Part shown: in pieces, positions 50,653 to 59,557 of the stretch | Layout: each line of letters starts with the position of its first letter | Numbering within the stretch: position 1 is the first letter of the stretch | Source of the DNA: an uncultured Chloroflexia bacterium | GTDB lineage: Bacteria > Chloroflexota > Limnocylindria > Limnocylindrales > CSP1-4 | Length of the DNA: 64,000 bases | NCBI GenBank assembly: GCA_963849405.1 | Contig: CAWKHG010000006.1 | Coordinates: 490,350 to 554,349, forward strand | Direction of reading: 5' to 3' | The notes under the pieces: model-generated | Told to the model about the DNA's origin: nothing | Seen by the model: only the letters and a program-made list of their open reading frames with translations | The model's database searches: none | Made by a program: the position numbers and the translations under genes

Positions 50653-52800
50653 TCAGACGGCCACGATGCGGTTGCGGCCTGCCCGCTTGGCCATCGAGAG
50701 CGCCACATCCGCCGAACGGATCAGGGATTCCGGCGTCGTCTCCCCGACCTCGGCCTCCGCGCACCCGGCCGACACGGTCACCGGGGACTTCTTGCCGATC
50801 GCGTCGACCATCGGCGCCGCCTCGAGCGCGCCCCGGATCTCCTCCGCGATCCGGCAGGCGTCCGCCCGCGAAGCGCCCTGGAGGATCGCGATGAACTCCT
50901 CGCCGCCATAGCGCCCGACCAGGTCGGCCTCGCGCAGGCGCCCCTGGAGCAGCTTCCCGAACGTTCGCAGCACGTCGTCGCCGGCCAGGTGGCCGTGGAG
51001 CTTGTTGAACGCCCCGAAGTGGTCCAGGTCGAACAGGATGATCGAGAGCGGCTGGCGCTCGCCCTCGGCGAGCCGGGTGCGTGCCGCGGTGAGCGTGCGG
51101 AACGCCTCATCCAGGAAGCGCCGGTTGTGGAGGCCGGTCAGGGGGTCGCGGATCGCCAGCTCCGCGACCTCGCCGTGGAGCAGGGCGTTGCTCACGGCCA
51201 GGGTGATCTCGCCGGCCAGCAGCTCGAGGGCCTCGAGCTCGAGGTCGGTGAACGGCCGGTCGTGGTCCGCCCGGGCGACCGTCAGGGCGCCGAGGATGCC
51301 CCCGTCCCCGATGAGCGGCACTCCCAGGGCCCAGCCGTATTCGTCGAGGGCGTTGCCGCCCCGCAGGGTGCTCGGGTAGTCCGCGCGACGGAAGTGTTCC
51401 ACGCGGACGAGCTTGCCCTCCTTGATCGCGCGGCCGGCCATCCCCTCCCCCGGTTCGATGACGTTGCCGCTGGCACCCGTGCTGCCCTGCACCGCACGCG
51501 CGATGTACGAGCCCGACGAGTTGCGCACGATCACGGCGACGAGCTGGGCCGGGACGACGTCGTCGACGGCATTCACGATCACGTCGTACAGCTCGTCGGC
51601 CGCGAGCACCGAGCTGACCTTGGCCGAGAACGAGACGATCCGCTGGAAGACGCGGGCGCGCTCGGCCAGGTTCGCCCGTTCGATGGCCAGGGCGAGCGTG
51701 ACGGCGACCCGGTCGGCGACCACGCTGACGGCGGCGAGGTCGTGCTCGTCGAGCGGAGTCGGGCTCTCCACGTTGAGCACCCCGAGGAAGGCTCCGTGGG
51801 CCAGGAGCGGGACCGAGATCTCGCTCTGGATGCCCGGGTCCGCGCTGATGTAGTCGGGATCGACCGACACGTCCGGCAGGAACGCCGCCTCGCGGGTCCG
51901 GGCGACGCGGCCGATGACGCCCTTCGATGGCTCGAACTCGTAGATCGGGTTCGCGTAGCCGCGCTGCGCGCCGAGTCGGAGGATGGCGCCATCGCTCGTG
52001 TAGATCGAGGGATAGGTGTAGCCGAAGGTGTCCACGAGCAGGCCGACGACACCGTCGAGGGTCTCCTCCGTCGGACCCTGTTCGGCCAGGGCGCGACCGA
52101 TGGCCTCCATCCCGCGGAGCTGGCCGAGGGTCACCTCGGCGCGCCGGCTCGCCGCCCGGAGGTCGCGGCGTCGCTCGTGGGCGGATCGGGTCTGTTCGAC
52201 CACCCGGCGACGCGTCGTCCCGAGCAGGGCCTGGCCGACGAGGCTGATGATCCCGCCAAGGGCGAAGCCGGTCAGGAGGCCGACTCGCTCGCGATCGATC
52301 GCCGTGTTGTCGCCGCCGGCCACGAAGACGCCCGCCAGCAGGGCCGCGCCGGCCGCGAGCCAGACCAGGTGCTGGCGTGTCCCCCACGGTACGAACAGGA
52401 TGAGGGCCATCGGCAGCATGCCGACGAGGGAGACCGCGTAATCGGAGACACCCGGCGACTCGGTGACGACGGCGCCCAGGATCCCCGCCAGGCCGAAGAA
52501 CCCGAACACGCCGGCCAGCGCCGACAGCCAGCGGTCGGGGAACCGGCTCGCCAGGACCCACAAGCCGGCGAAGACGATGCCGACGCCGAGCGCGACCATC
52601 GTCGTGGCACTGGGCGCGCCGAGGACGACGTGGACCACCGCCGAGCCGAGCGAGAGCCCGGAGGCGATGATCGCCGCGACCTTGAGGCCGCGCCGCAGCT
52701 GGCGCGCCTCGGCGCGGCGCAGCACCTTGTCGTCCTCGGACATGGGCGGCCGCAGGGCACGCCCGGATGCGTCCGGCGGGACGGATTCCGAGACTGTCAC
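50653..52800 (-). CDS. Membrane-bound diguanylate cyclase (TM-GAF-GAF-GGDEF)
   Basis: DPLTGLHNRR, DLDHFGAFN..HGHLAGD, READ I-site, RYGGEEF, AKRAGRN. Confidence 0.93.
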   Translation of the reverse strand: MTVSESVPPDASGRALRPPMSEDDKVLRRAEARQLRRGLKVAAIIASGLSLGSAVVHVVLGAPSATTMVALGVGIVFAGLWVLASRFPDRWLSALAGVFGFFGLAGILGAVVTESPGVSDYAVSLVGMLPMALILFVPWGTRQHLVWLAAGAALLAGVFVAGGDNTAIDRERVGLLTGFALGGIISLVGQALLGTTRRRVVEQTRSAHERRRDLRAASRRAEVTLGQLRGMEAIGRALAEQGPTEETLDGVVGLLVDTFGYTYPSIYTSDGAILRLGAQRGYANPIYEFEPSKGVIGRVARTREAAFLPDVSVDPDYISADPGIQSEISVPLLAHGAFLGVLNVESPTPLDEHDLAAVSVVADRVAVTLALAIERANLAERARVFQRIVSFSAKVSSVLAADELYDVIVNAVDDVVPAQLVAVIVRNSSGSYIARAVQGSTGASGNVIEPGEGMAGRAIKEGKLVRVEHFRRADYPSTLRGGNALDEYGWALGVPLIGDGGILGALTVARADHDRPFTDLELEALELLAGEITLAVSNALLHGEVAELAIRDPLTGLHNRRFLDEAFRTLTAARTRLAEGERQPLSIILFDLDHFGAFNKLHGHLAGDDVLRTFGKLLQGRLREADLVGRYGGEEFIAILQGASRADACRIAEEIRGALEAAPMVDAIGKKSPVTVSAGCAEAEVGETTPESLIRSADVALSMAKRAGRNRIVAV

Positions 52801-52918
52801 GTTGCGAGATGCCTCGCGGGAAGCTCGATCGGCCGACTATAGCGCCTTGCGTTCGGCGTGAACCTTACAGATCGCGCTGCGTGAGGCGGCGCCCGCGACG
52901 GTCGGTGACGGGCGATCG

Positions 52919-55300
52919 TCAGGCCGGGAAGGCCAGGAAGGTCCCGTCCTCCGCGCGCGGGATCGGCACGATACGGACCACGGCCTCGCGCGGGATCGAT
53001 CGGTAGATGTGCGGGAAGCGCCGTTCCTCGTCGTCGTAGCGCCAGTCGTCGCCGAGCCGGCCGAGGTCGATCGACGCCACGAGGAACGGCCGCGGGTCGT
53101 CGCGGTAGAAGCGATCGCCCGAGGCCCGCAGCCCTTCGACCCCGTCCGTGCAGTGGACGAAGCCCTCCGTCGCGAGCGACGCCGGTTCATAGTCGGCGCC
53201 GGGCTCGAGCGCATCCCAGGTCTCGGCGGCCACGAGGTGATAGGTGACGTGCGCGGTCGCGGCGGACGGTGCCGCGATCTCCGCCGCGGGAGTCGCCGTC
53301 TCCGTCGTGGGGGTGGCCTCCGAAGCGGAGACGTCCTCCTCGGACCTGGGCGGGGCATCCACGCTGGCCGGATGGTCGATCGAGACCCAGCGCCGGTCGA
53401 GCGGCAGGTGGATGACGGTCGGGCCATCGGCCACCAGCGCCTCGCGCAGGACCTCCTCGAACTTCGCGTCGTCCTCGACCAGGACGCCTCGCGCCCCGAA
53501 GCCCTCGGCGAGCTTCACGACGTCCAGCGGGCCGAGCTCGGTCCCGACGCCGAGACCCGTCCCGCGCAGCCCCTGGTGCATCCGGATCGTCCCGTAGCGC
53601 CGGTTGTCGAAGACGAGCAGCACGATCCGGCAGTGCTCGCGGACGGCCGTCTCGAGCTCGGCCATGGTCATGCCGAACCCGCCGTCCCCGGTCACCCCGA
53701 TCACGGCCCGCTCGTGGTGGACGAGCGAGGCCGCGATGGCCGCGGGTAAGGCGTAGCCCATCGCGCCGGACGTCGGACCAAGGAACGTGCCCGGCCGGCG
53801 GCAGCGATAGCCGCGGGCGAGCCATCCGGCGAAGTTGCCGGCGTCGGTGGCGACGATCGCCTCCGGCGGCAGGACCCGGTTCATGGTCGCCACGATCCGG
53901 CCGGGGTGCACGCCCGGGCCGTCCCACTCCCCACCGTCGACGACCGTCGCAGCCTCCCAGGCGGCCCGGTCCGTCGCGTTGGCGATCCGCCGGGCATCGA
54001 GGCTGTCCTTGTCGTGCACGGTGCCTGCGAGCAGGCGCGCCGCGACGCGCAGGAAGGTGCGTGCGTCGGCCTGGATCGCGAGGTCCGGCGGCCGGAGGCC
54101 CGCCTTGGCGGTCCGCGGCTCGACATCGACGTGGGTCCAGCGCTGGCGCTCGCCGGGTACCAGGTAGTCCATCGAGGTGGGCTCGTTGAGCCGACATCCG
54201 ACGACGAGCAGCTCATCCGCGTCGGTGAGCCGTTCGGCGAGCACCTCGGGGGCCGCATAGCCGGTCATGCCAAGGTACAGCGGATGGTCGTTCGGGAAGA
54301 CGTCCGCGCGCCGCCAGGACGCCACCACCGGCACCTCGAGGATCTCCGCGAGGCGCACGAGATCCGCGGTCGAGCGGGCCCGCAGCACACCGGCCCCGGC
54401 GACGATCAGCGGGCGCTTGCCTGCGGTCAGCCGCCGGATCGCCGTGCGCACGACATCCGGGTCGGGATCGGCCGGTCGGCTGCGGACGACGTGGGCGACC
54501 TCCGTGCCGTCGGGCATCGTCTCGTCCAGGACGTCCTCCGGCACCGCGATGACGACGGGGCCGGGCCGTCCACCGAGGGCCTGGCGGGTCGCTTCGGACA
54601 TCGCGGCGGGCAGCCGGGCCGGGTCGTCCACCTCGATGGCCCAGGTCGCGAGGCGGCCGATGGAGCCAGGCAGGTCGGCCTCCTGGAACGCTTCCCGGCC
54701 GCGAACGGCGCGCGGCACGTGGCCGAGCACGGCGAACATCGGCGTCGAGTCGGCCTTCGCCGTGTGGATCCCGATCGCGAGGTTGGATGCTCCGACCGCA
54801 CGGGTCGCGAGCGCGGCCGCAGGCCGGCCGGTCAGCTGGCCGTACGCCTCGGCCATGAACGCGGCGCCACCTTCGTGGCGGGTCGCGACGACGCGGATGC
54901 CGGCCGGCCCCAGCGCATCGAGGAGTCCGAGGAAGCTCTCGCCGGGCACGGTGAACGCGACACGGACGCCGGCCGCATGCAGCGCGTCCGCCAGGAAGCG
55001 ACCCGCCGTGCGCGGTGGGCCGGGCGGCGGCGGAGGCGGTTCGGGCGCGGGGGGCGGCCCGGCCGCCGGCTCGGGGGCGCTGGGCGGCGCAGGCGGCGCG
55101 GCGGGCGGCGCGTCCGCCGTCGACTCGTCGGGGGGCGCGATCGTAGCCGCCGCGGGCGCGGCACCGGCCGTCGCGGGCGCGGACTCGTCACGGAGCCCGT
55201 AGCCGGATGGGGGCGGGGCGGCGTCGCCCGACCGCTCCACCGCCGGCTCGTCTGCCGGGGGCGCGGGGGCCGTGCTGTCTTCGCTCCGGACGTCGGTCAC
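52919..55300 (-). CDS. Thiamine pyrophosphate-dependent enzyme (acetolactate synthase-like) fused to a C-terminal DUF952 domain
   Basis: PGESFL, RHEGGAAFMA, AFQE, GDGGFGM...DNRRYG; C-terminal YHL...YEPASLATEGFVHC...FPHIY. Confidence 0.85.
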   Translation of the reverse strand: MTDVRSEDSTAPAPPADEPAVERSGDAAPPPSGYGLRDESAPATAGAAPAAATIAPPDESTADAPPAAPPAPPSAPEPAAGPPPAPEPPPPPPGPPRTAGRFLADALHAAGVRVAFTVPGESFLGLLDALGPAGIRVVATRHEGGAAFMAEAYGQLTGRPAAALATRAVGASNLAIGIHTAKADSTPMFAVLGHVPRAVRGREAFQEADLPGSIGRLATWAIEVDDPARLPAAMSEATRQALGGRPGPVVIAVPEDVLDETMPDGTEVAHVVRSRPADPDPDVVRTAIRRLTAGKRPLIVAGAGVLRARSTADLVRLAEILEVPVVASWRRADVFPNDHPLYLGMTGYAAPEVLAERLTDADELLVVGCRLNEPTSMDYLVPGERQRWTHVDVEPRTAKAGLRPPDLAIQADARTFLRVAARLLAGTVHDKDSLDARRIANATDRAAWEAATVVDGGEWDGPGVHPGRIVATMNRVLPPEAIVATDAGNFAGWLARGYRCRRPGTFLGPTSGAMGYALPAAIAASLVHHERAVIGVTGDGGFGMTMAELETAVREHCRIVLLVFDNRRYGTIRMHQGLRGTGLGVGTELGPLDVVKLAEGFGARGVLVEDDAKFEEVLREALVADGPTVIHLPLDRRWVSIDHPASVDAPPRSEEDVSASEATPTTETATPAAEIAAPSAATAHVTYHLVAAETWDALEPGADYEPASLATEGFVHCTDGVEGLRASGDRFYRDDPRPFLVASIDLGRLGDDWRYDDEERRFPHIYRSIPREAVVRIVPIPRAEDGTFLAFPA

Positions 55301-55302
55301 GA

Positions 55303-55794
55303 TCAGCGGTAGTTCTGGAACTGGAGGGGCACGGCCTCGTCGAGCTCGCGCAACCGGCCGATGACCCGCTGCAGGTCGTCCTTGCTCTTCGCCGACACGC
55401 GCACGGCGTCACCCTGGATCTGCGACTTCACCCTGGGGAACTCGTCCCGGATGAGCTTGGTGACCTTGCGGGCGAGCTCGTCGCCGAGGCCGCGCTTGAG
55501 CGTGATGACCTGCTTGACCTTGTTGCCGCCGACCGGCTCGACCTTGCCCCAGTCGAAGATCTTGAGGCTCAGGTTGCGCCGGATCGCCTTCGTCTCGATC
55601 AGGTCCTTCACGGCGGTCGCCCGGTGCTCGTCGTCCGTGAGCAACGTGAGCTCGGTCTTCGCCTGGGTGAGATCGACGGTCACGCCCTTGAAGTCGAACC
55701 GCTGCTGGATCTCGCGACGCACCTGGTCCAGGGCGTTGCGCAGCTCCTGCTCGTCGAACTCGCTCACCACGTCGAATGAGACTTCGCCCGCCAT
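55303..55794 (-). CDS. yajQ: YajQ family nucleotide/c-di-GMP-binding protein
   Basis: SFDVVSE, RFDFKG, QIQGD.VRV..KSKDDLQ, PLQFQNYR. Confidence 0.95.
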   Translation of the reverse strand: MAGEVSFDVVSEFDEQELRNALDQVRREIQQRFDFKGVTVDLTQAKTELTLLTDDEHRATAVKDLIETKAIRRNLSLKIFDWGKVEPVGGNKVKQVITLKRGLGDELARKVTKLIRDEFPRVKSQIQGDAVRVSAKSKDDLQRVIGRLRELDEAVPLQFQNYR

Positions 55795-55932
55795 CCAACC
55801 TCCTCATCGCGGTGGTCGCGACCTGCCCGTCGCTCCCCTGCCCTGCACGGCCGGCCGCCATGGTACCCGCCCCCGGCGTACGGTGCCGTCGGCACCTGGC
55901 GTGTTGAAGCCACGCGAGCAGCCCTCGCGCGA

Positions 55933-57498
55933 TCAGGCGAGGCGCTCCAGGAGCAGTTCGCCGATGCGGTAGCTCCGCCCGCCACCCATGACGAGGACCG
56001 CGTCGCCCGGTCGCACGTGCGTCGTCAGCCATGCGGCGGTCGCCTCCACGGACCCGGTCGCGGCCACCTCGAGCCCCGGCCGGCGAGCCGCCACGGCACG
56101 GGCGAGGCCCTCCGGGGATGCGATCGTCGTGTCGGGATCGCGGCCCGCCCAGATGTCGGCGATGGCCACCGCGTCCGCCTCGGCCAGCGCGGTCGCGAAC
56201 CCGTCGAGGAGCGCCGCAGTCCGGTGGAAGGTCAGTGGCTCGTACACGGCCCAGACGCGCCGGCCGGGCTCCCGCTGGCGCACCGCCGCGAGCGTGGCCT
56301 GGATCGCCGTGGGGTGATGGCCGTAGTCGTCGTACACGACGACGCCGCGCGCCTCGCCCTTGCGCTCCAGGCGCCGGCCGATGCCGCCGAAGCTCGCCAG
56401 CCCCTCCATGGCCGCCCCGGCCTCCACGCCGACGGCGCGGGCCGCCGCGAGGACGAGCAGCGCGTTGGCGACGTTGTGGCGGCCGGCCGCGGCGATGTGC
56501 ACGGTCGTGGGCTCGTCCACGACGGACCGACCGAGGACTTCGACCGTGGATCCATCCGGGTCCGAGCGCGCGATCCGGCCGATGACGACCGCCGCCTCGC
56601 CCGCCGGCGTCGCGTACGCCTGGGCCATCCCCCTGGCGTAGCCGGCCATCTTCTGGAGCGGGGCGTCCACGAGGGCCGTGACGACGAGACGGCCAGGCCA
56701 CGTGGGGGCGAGGCGCCGGACGAGCTCCTCCCCGCCGGTGTCCGCCACGTTGGCGATGAGCGTCGATCCCGCGTTCGCGCCCTGACCGTCGCCCTCGATC
56801 CAGCCGGCGAATGCCTCGATGACGGCGGCCCGATCGGCGAATACGTCCGGGTGGTCCCACTCGACGTTCGTGACCACGGTCACAGCCGGCCGGTACGCAT
56901 CGAAGTTGCCGGCGTACTCGTCGGCCTCGACGACGAACGTGGAGCCCTTGCCCGAGCGCGCGGTGGCCGGCGGCCCGCCGGTGATCCCCGGCCCGAGGAG
57001 CGCGCCGACCAGCGCGGACGGATCGGCCCCGGCGGCTGTGAGCACGTGCACGAGCCAGCCCGCGGTCGTGCTCTTGCCGTGCGTGCCGGCCACCGCCACG
57101 AGCGTCCTGCCCGCGGCGGCATCGGCCACGAGCTGCTGCCACGACTCGAGCGGGATGCCGGCCCGCCGCGCGGCCGCCAGCTCGGGGTGGTCCGGGGCGA
57201 TCGCCGTGAGCGCCTTGGTGACGGCCAGGCGCTGGGGCGGGTTCGGTCCCGTGACATGGGCGGCGTCGTGACCGGCCGCGACAGGTATCCCCGCGGCCGT
57301 CAATGCCGGTGTGTACGACGATTCGCCACCTTCGTCGCAGGCGCTGACCTTGGCGCCCGCGGCGGCGGCCAGCAACGCCGCCCCGCTCGCCCCGGCGCCA
57401 CCGGCCCCGACGACATGGATGCGCTCCCCGGCGGGGATCGGACGGGCCGCCCTGGGCGCCGCGAGGCCGGCCCCGATCTCGGCGGCCGTGCGGGTCAT
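55933..57498 (-). CDS. murC: UDP-N-acetylmuramate--L-alanine ligase
   Basis: IHVVGAGGAG, AVAGTHGKSTT, VEADEY, NVEWDHPD, DDYGHHPT. Confidence 0.85.
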   Translation of the reverse strand: MTRTAAEIGAGLAAPRAARPIPAGERIHVVGAGGAGASGAALLAAAAGAKVSACDEGGESSYTPALTAAGIPVAAGHDAAHVTGPNPPQRLAVTKALTAIAPDHPELAAARRAGIPLESWQQLVADAAAGRTLVAVAGTHGKSTTAGWLVHVLTAAGADPSALVGALLGPGITGGPPATARSGKGSTFVVEADEYAGNFDAYRPAVTVVTNVEWDHPDVFADRAAVIEAFAGWIEGDGQGANAGSTLIANVADTGGEELVRRLAPTWPGRLVVTALVDAPLQKMAGYARGMAQAYATPAGEAAVVIGRIARSDPDGSTVEVLGRSVVDEPTTVHIAAAGRHNVANALLVLAAARAVGVEAGAAMEGLASFGGIGRRLERKGEARGVVVYDDYGHHPTAIQATLAAVRQREPGRRVWAVYEPLTFHRTAALLDGFATALAEADAVAIADIWAGRDPDTTIASPEGLARAVAARRPGLEVAATGSVEATAAWLTTHVRPGDAVLVMGGGRSYRIGELLLERLA

Positions 57499-58067
57499 GA
57501 GCGGGCGGCGGCCGTCCCCGCTGGTTCGGGTGCCGCTGCATCCGGAGCCGCCGCGTCGGCCGCGGCGAGGAGCAGCTCCAGGGCCAGGCCGGCGCTCGAC
57601 CATTTGTTCGCGTTGCGGTCGCCCGTCCAGATCACGCGGCGGACCTCCATACCGGCGGGACCGGTGACCGCCAGGTAGGTGAGACCGACGGGCTTGGCCG
57701 GCGTTCCGCCGTCGGGTCCGGCGATCCCGGTGATCGAAACCGCGAGGCTCGTGGCGAGCGCGGCACGGACGCCCTCGGCCATCGCCCGGGCCACCTGGGC
57801 GCTCACCGCCCCGTGCGCGTCGAGGACGGCCTGGGGCACGCCGAGCTGGCTCACCTTCACCGCGTCGGAGTACGCGACGACCCCGCCGAGGAGGTAGCCG
57901 GACGAGCCCGAGACCTGGGTGATGCAGTGGGCGACGAGGCCGCCCGTGCACGACTCGGCGGTCGCGACCGTGAGTCCGGCCGCGATGCAGCGGGCCTGGA
58001 GCCGCTCGGCGAGGGCGGAGAGCCCGGCCTCCGGGCCTTCGGTCGCCGGCGTCACGCCCTCGTCCAT
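57495..58067 (-). CDS. cinA: CinA C-terminal domain protein (NMN deamidase, PncC-like)
   Basis: ATAESCTGGL, GAVS..VA..MAEG, SITGIAGPDGGT..KPVG. Confidence 0.9.
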   Translation of the reverse strand: MDEGVTPATEGPEAGLSALAERLQARCIAAGLTVATAESCTGGLVAHCITQVSGSSGYLLGGVVAYSDAVKVSQLGVPQAVLDAHGAVSAQVARAMAEGVRAALATSLAVSITGIAGPDGGTPAKPVGLTYLAVTGPAGMEVRRVIWTGDRNANKWSSAGLALELLLAAADAAAPDAAAPEPAGTAAARS

Positions 58068-58071
58068 CGGC

Positions 58072-59457
58072 CTACTTGTTCTGCGTCTGCTTGGGCTGCG
58101 CCCCGGCCGTGAACAGCCACGTCTCGGGGTTGAGCGACGTCCCGAGCTTGCCGAACGACACACCGTTCATCGTGAAGAACGTGGCCGCCGACGCGCCGGT
58201 CCGGACCTCCACCGACTGGTCGCCCGTGAAGGTGAGGACCTTGCCGTCGCCGAAGACCTTGCCGGCCGCTCCGATCGATGGGACGAGCACGCCATCGACC
58301 CAGACCTTGAGCCAGGCCCGGCCGTGGATCGTCACGACGACGCTCACCCCGTGGTAGGCGATCGTGACGTTCTTCGTGAGCGTCGTCTTGCGGCCTTCCG
58401 CGTTCGAGGCGGTGATCGTGACGAGCCAGCGGCCGTTGGCGAGCTCGTACGGCGTGTTGAACCGGCCGTCCGGCCCGACGGCGATGGTGACCGGCTGCGG
58501 CGCCGTGGGTGGCTTGGCCGTGGGCGTCGGCGACTTGCCGGGCTTGGGCGTCGCCTGCGGCCCGCCCGTCGCGCCGACATAGCTCGCGCTCACGACGACC
58601 TGGGTGGCGTTCGTAGCTGTCCCGGTGATGGGGATCGCCCCGTTCTGGAAGCTCGCCCCCTCGGCCGGCGAATCCACCTCCAGGGTGGGCGCCAGGACCG
58701 CCGAGATCGGCACGTTGACGATGTACGCGAGCGTCTGCTCGGAGTTCTTGCCCGTGTCCGGGTCGGTGGCGGAGATCTTGAAGTCGTTGCGCCCGCGGCG
58801 CAGCGGCACGACCTGGCTCCACAGGCCGATGCTGTCGGCCGTCGCCTGGAGCTGGTGGCCGGAGGAGTCGCTGATCGTCACAGTCCCGTGGGGGATCGTC
58901 GTGCCCCGGAACGTGTACTCGGTGTCGGTCTCGGACGTGTCGCTCACGGCGGTCGGCGGGTCCGACACCGCGATCGACGGCGGCTTCGCGAACCGCAGCA
59001 GCTGGATCGCGAGGTAGCCGACGAACAGGAGCAGGACGACCGTCATGAGGGCCGCGACGACGATCGCCGGCGAGAACGTCAGGCCCTGGCGCGGCGCCGT
59101 GAGCGGCCGGGGCAGGACGATCGATGGCGAGGTGTCGACCTTGCCCTCGCCCTTCTCGCGCCGCCACTGGAGGAGGATCTCGTCGGGGTCGAGGCCCAGG
59201 TACTGGGCGTAGTTGCGCAGGAAGCCCTTCGTGTAGACCGAGCCGGGCAGCTCGCGGTACTCGCCCCGCTCGAGGGCGCCAAGGTATCGCGCCCGGATCT
59301 TCGTATCGCGCTCGGCACGATACAGATCGACGCCTTTGCGTTCGCGGGCGGCGAGCAGTCGTTCGCCAAGGCCGGCCACCGGTTCGGCGACCGGCATCGG
59401 CCGGTTGGTCGCGGAACGGGCTTCGCTGCGGCGGCGGGCCTCGTCTCGGGTGGTCAT
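58072..59457 (-). CDS. rodZ: RodZ-like protein (HTH_25, TM, two Ig-like domains, DUF4115)
   Basis: LGERLLAARE, TKIRARYLGALE, YTKGFLRNYAQYLGL; C-terminal AWLKVWVDG...VRTG. Confidence 0.85.
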   Translation of the reverse strand: MTTRDEARRRSEARSATNRPMPVAEPVAGLGERLLAARERKGVDLYRAERDTKIRARYLGALERGEYRELPGSVYTKGFLRNYAQYLGLDPDEILLQWRREKGEGKVDTSPSIVLPRPLTAPRQGLTFSPAIVVAALMTVVLLLFVGYLAIQLLRFAKPPSIAVSDPPTAVSDTSETDTEYTFRGTTIPHGTVTISDSSGHQLQATADSIGLWSQVVPLRRGRNDFKISATDPDTGKNSEQTLAYIVNVPISAVLAPTLEVDSPAEGASFQNGAIPITGTATNATQVVVSASYVGATGGPQATPKPGKSPTPTAKPPTAPQPVTIAVGPDGRFNTPYELANGRWLVTITASNAEGRKTTLTKNVTIAYHGVSVVVTIHGRAWLKVWVDGVLVPSIGAAGKVFGDGKVLTFTGDQSVEVRTGASAATFFTMNGVSFGKLGTSLNPETWLFTAGAQPKQTQNK

Positions 59458-59557
59458 GCGGTCGGTCTGTCCTCAGGGGGCCCGAGCCGCGCGCTCCGGC
59501 GTCCGGTCCCGCGGTCAGGATACCCGACGTCGTCGACCGCCCCTCCTGGAAGGGCCG

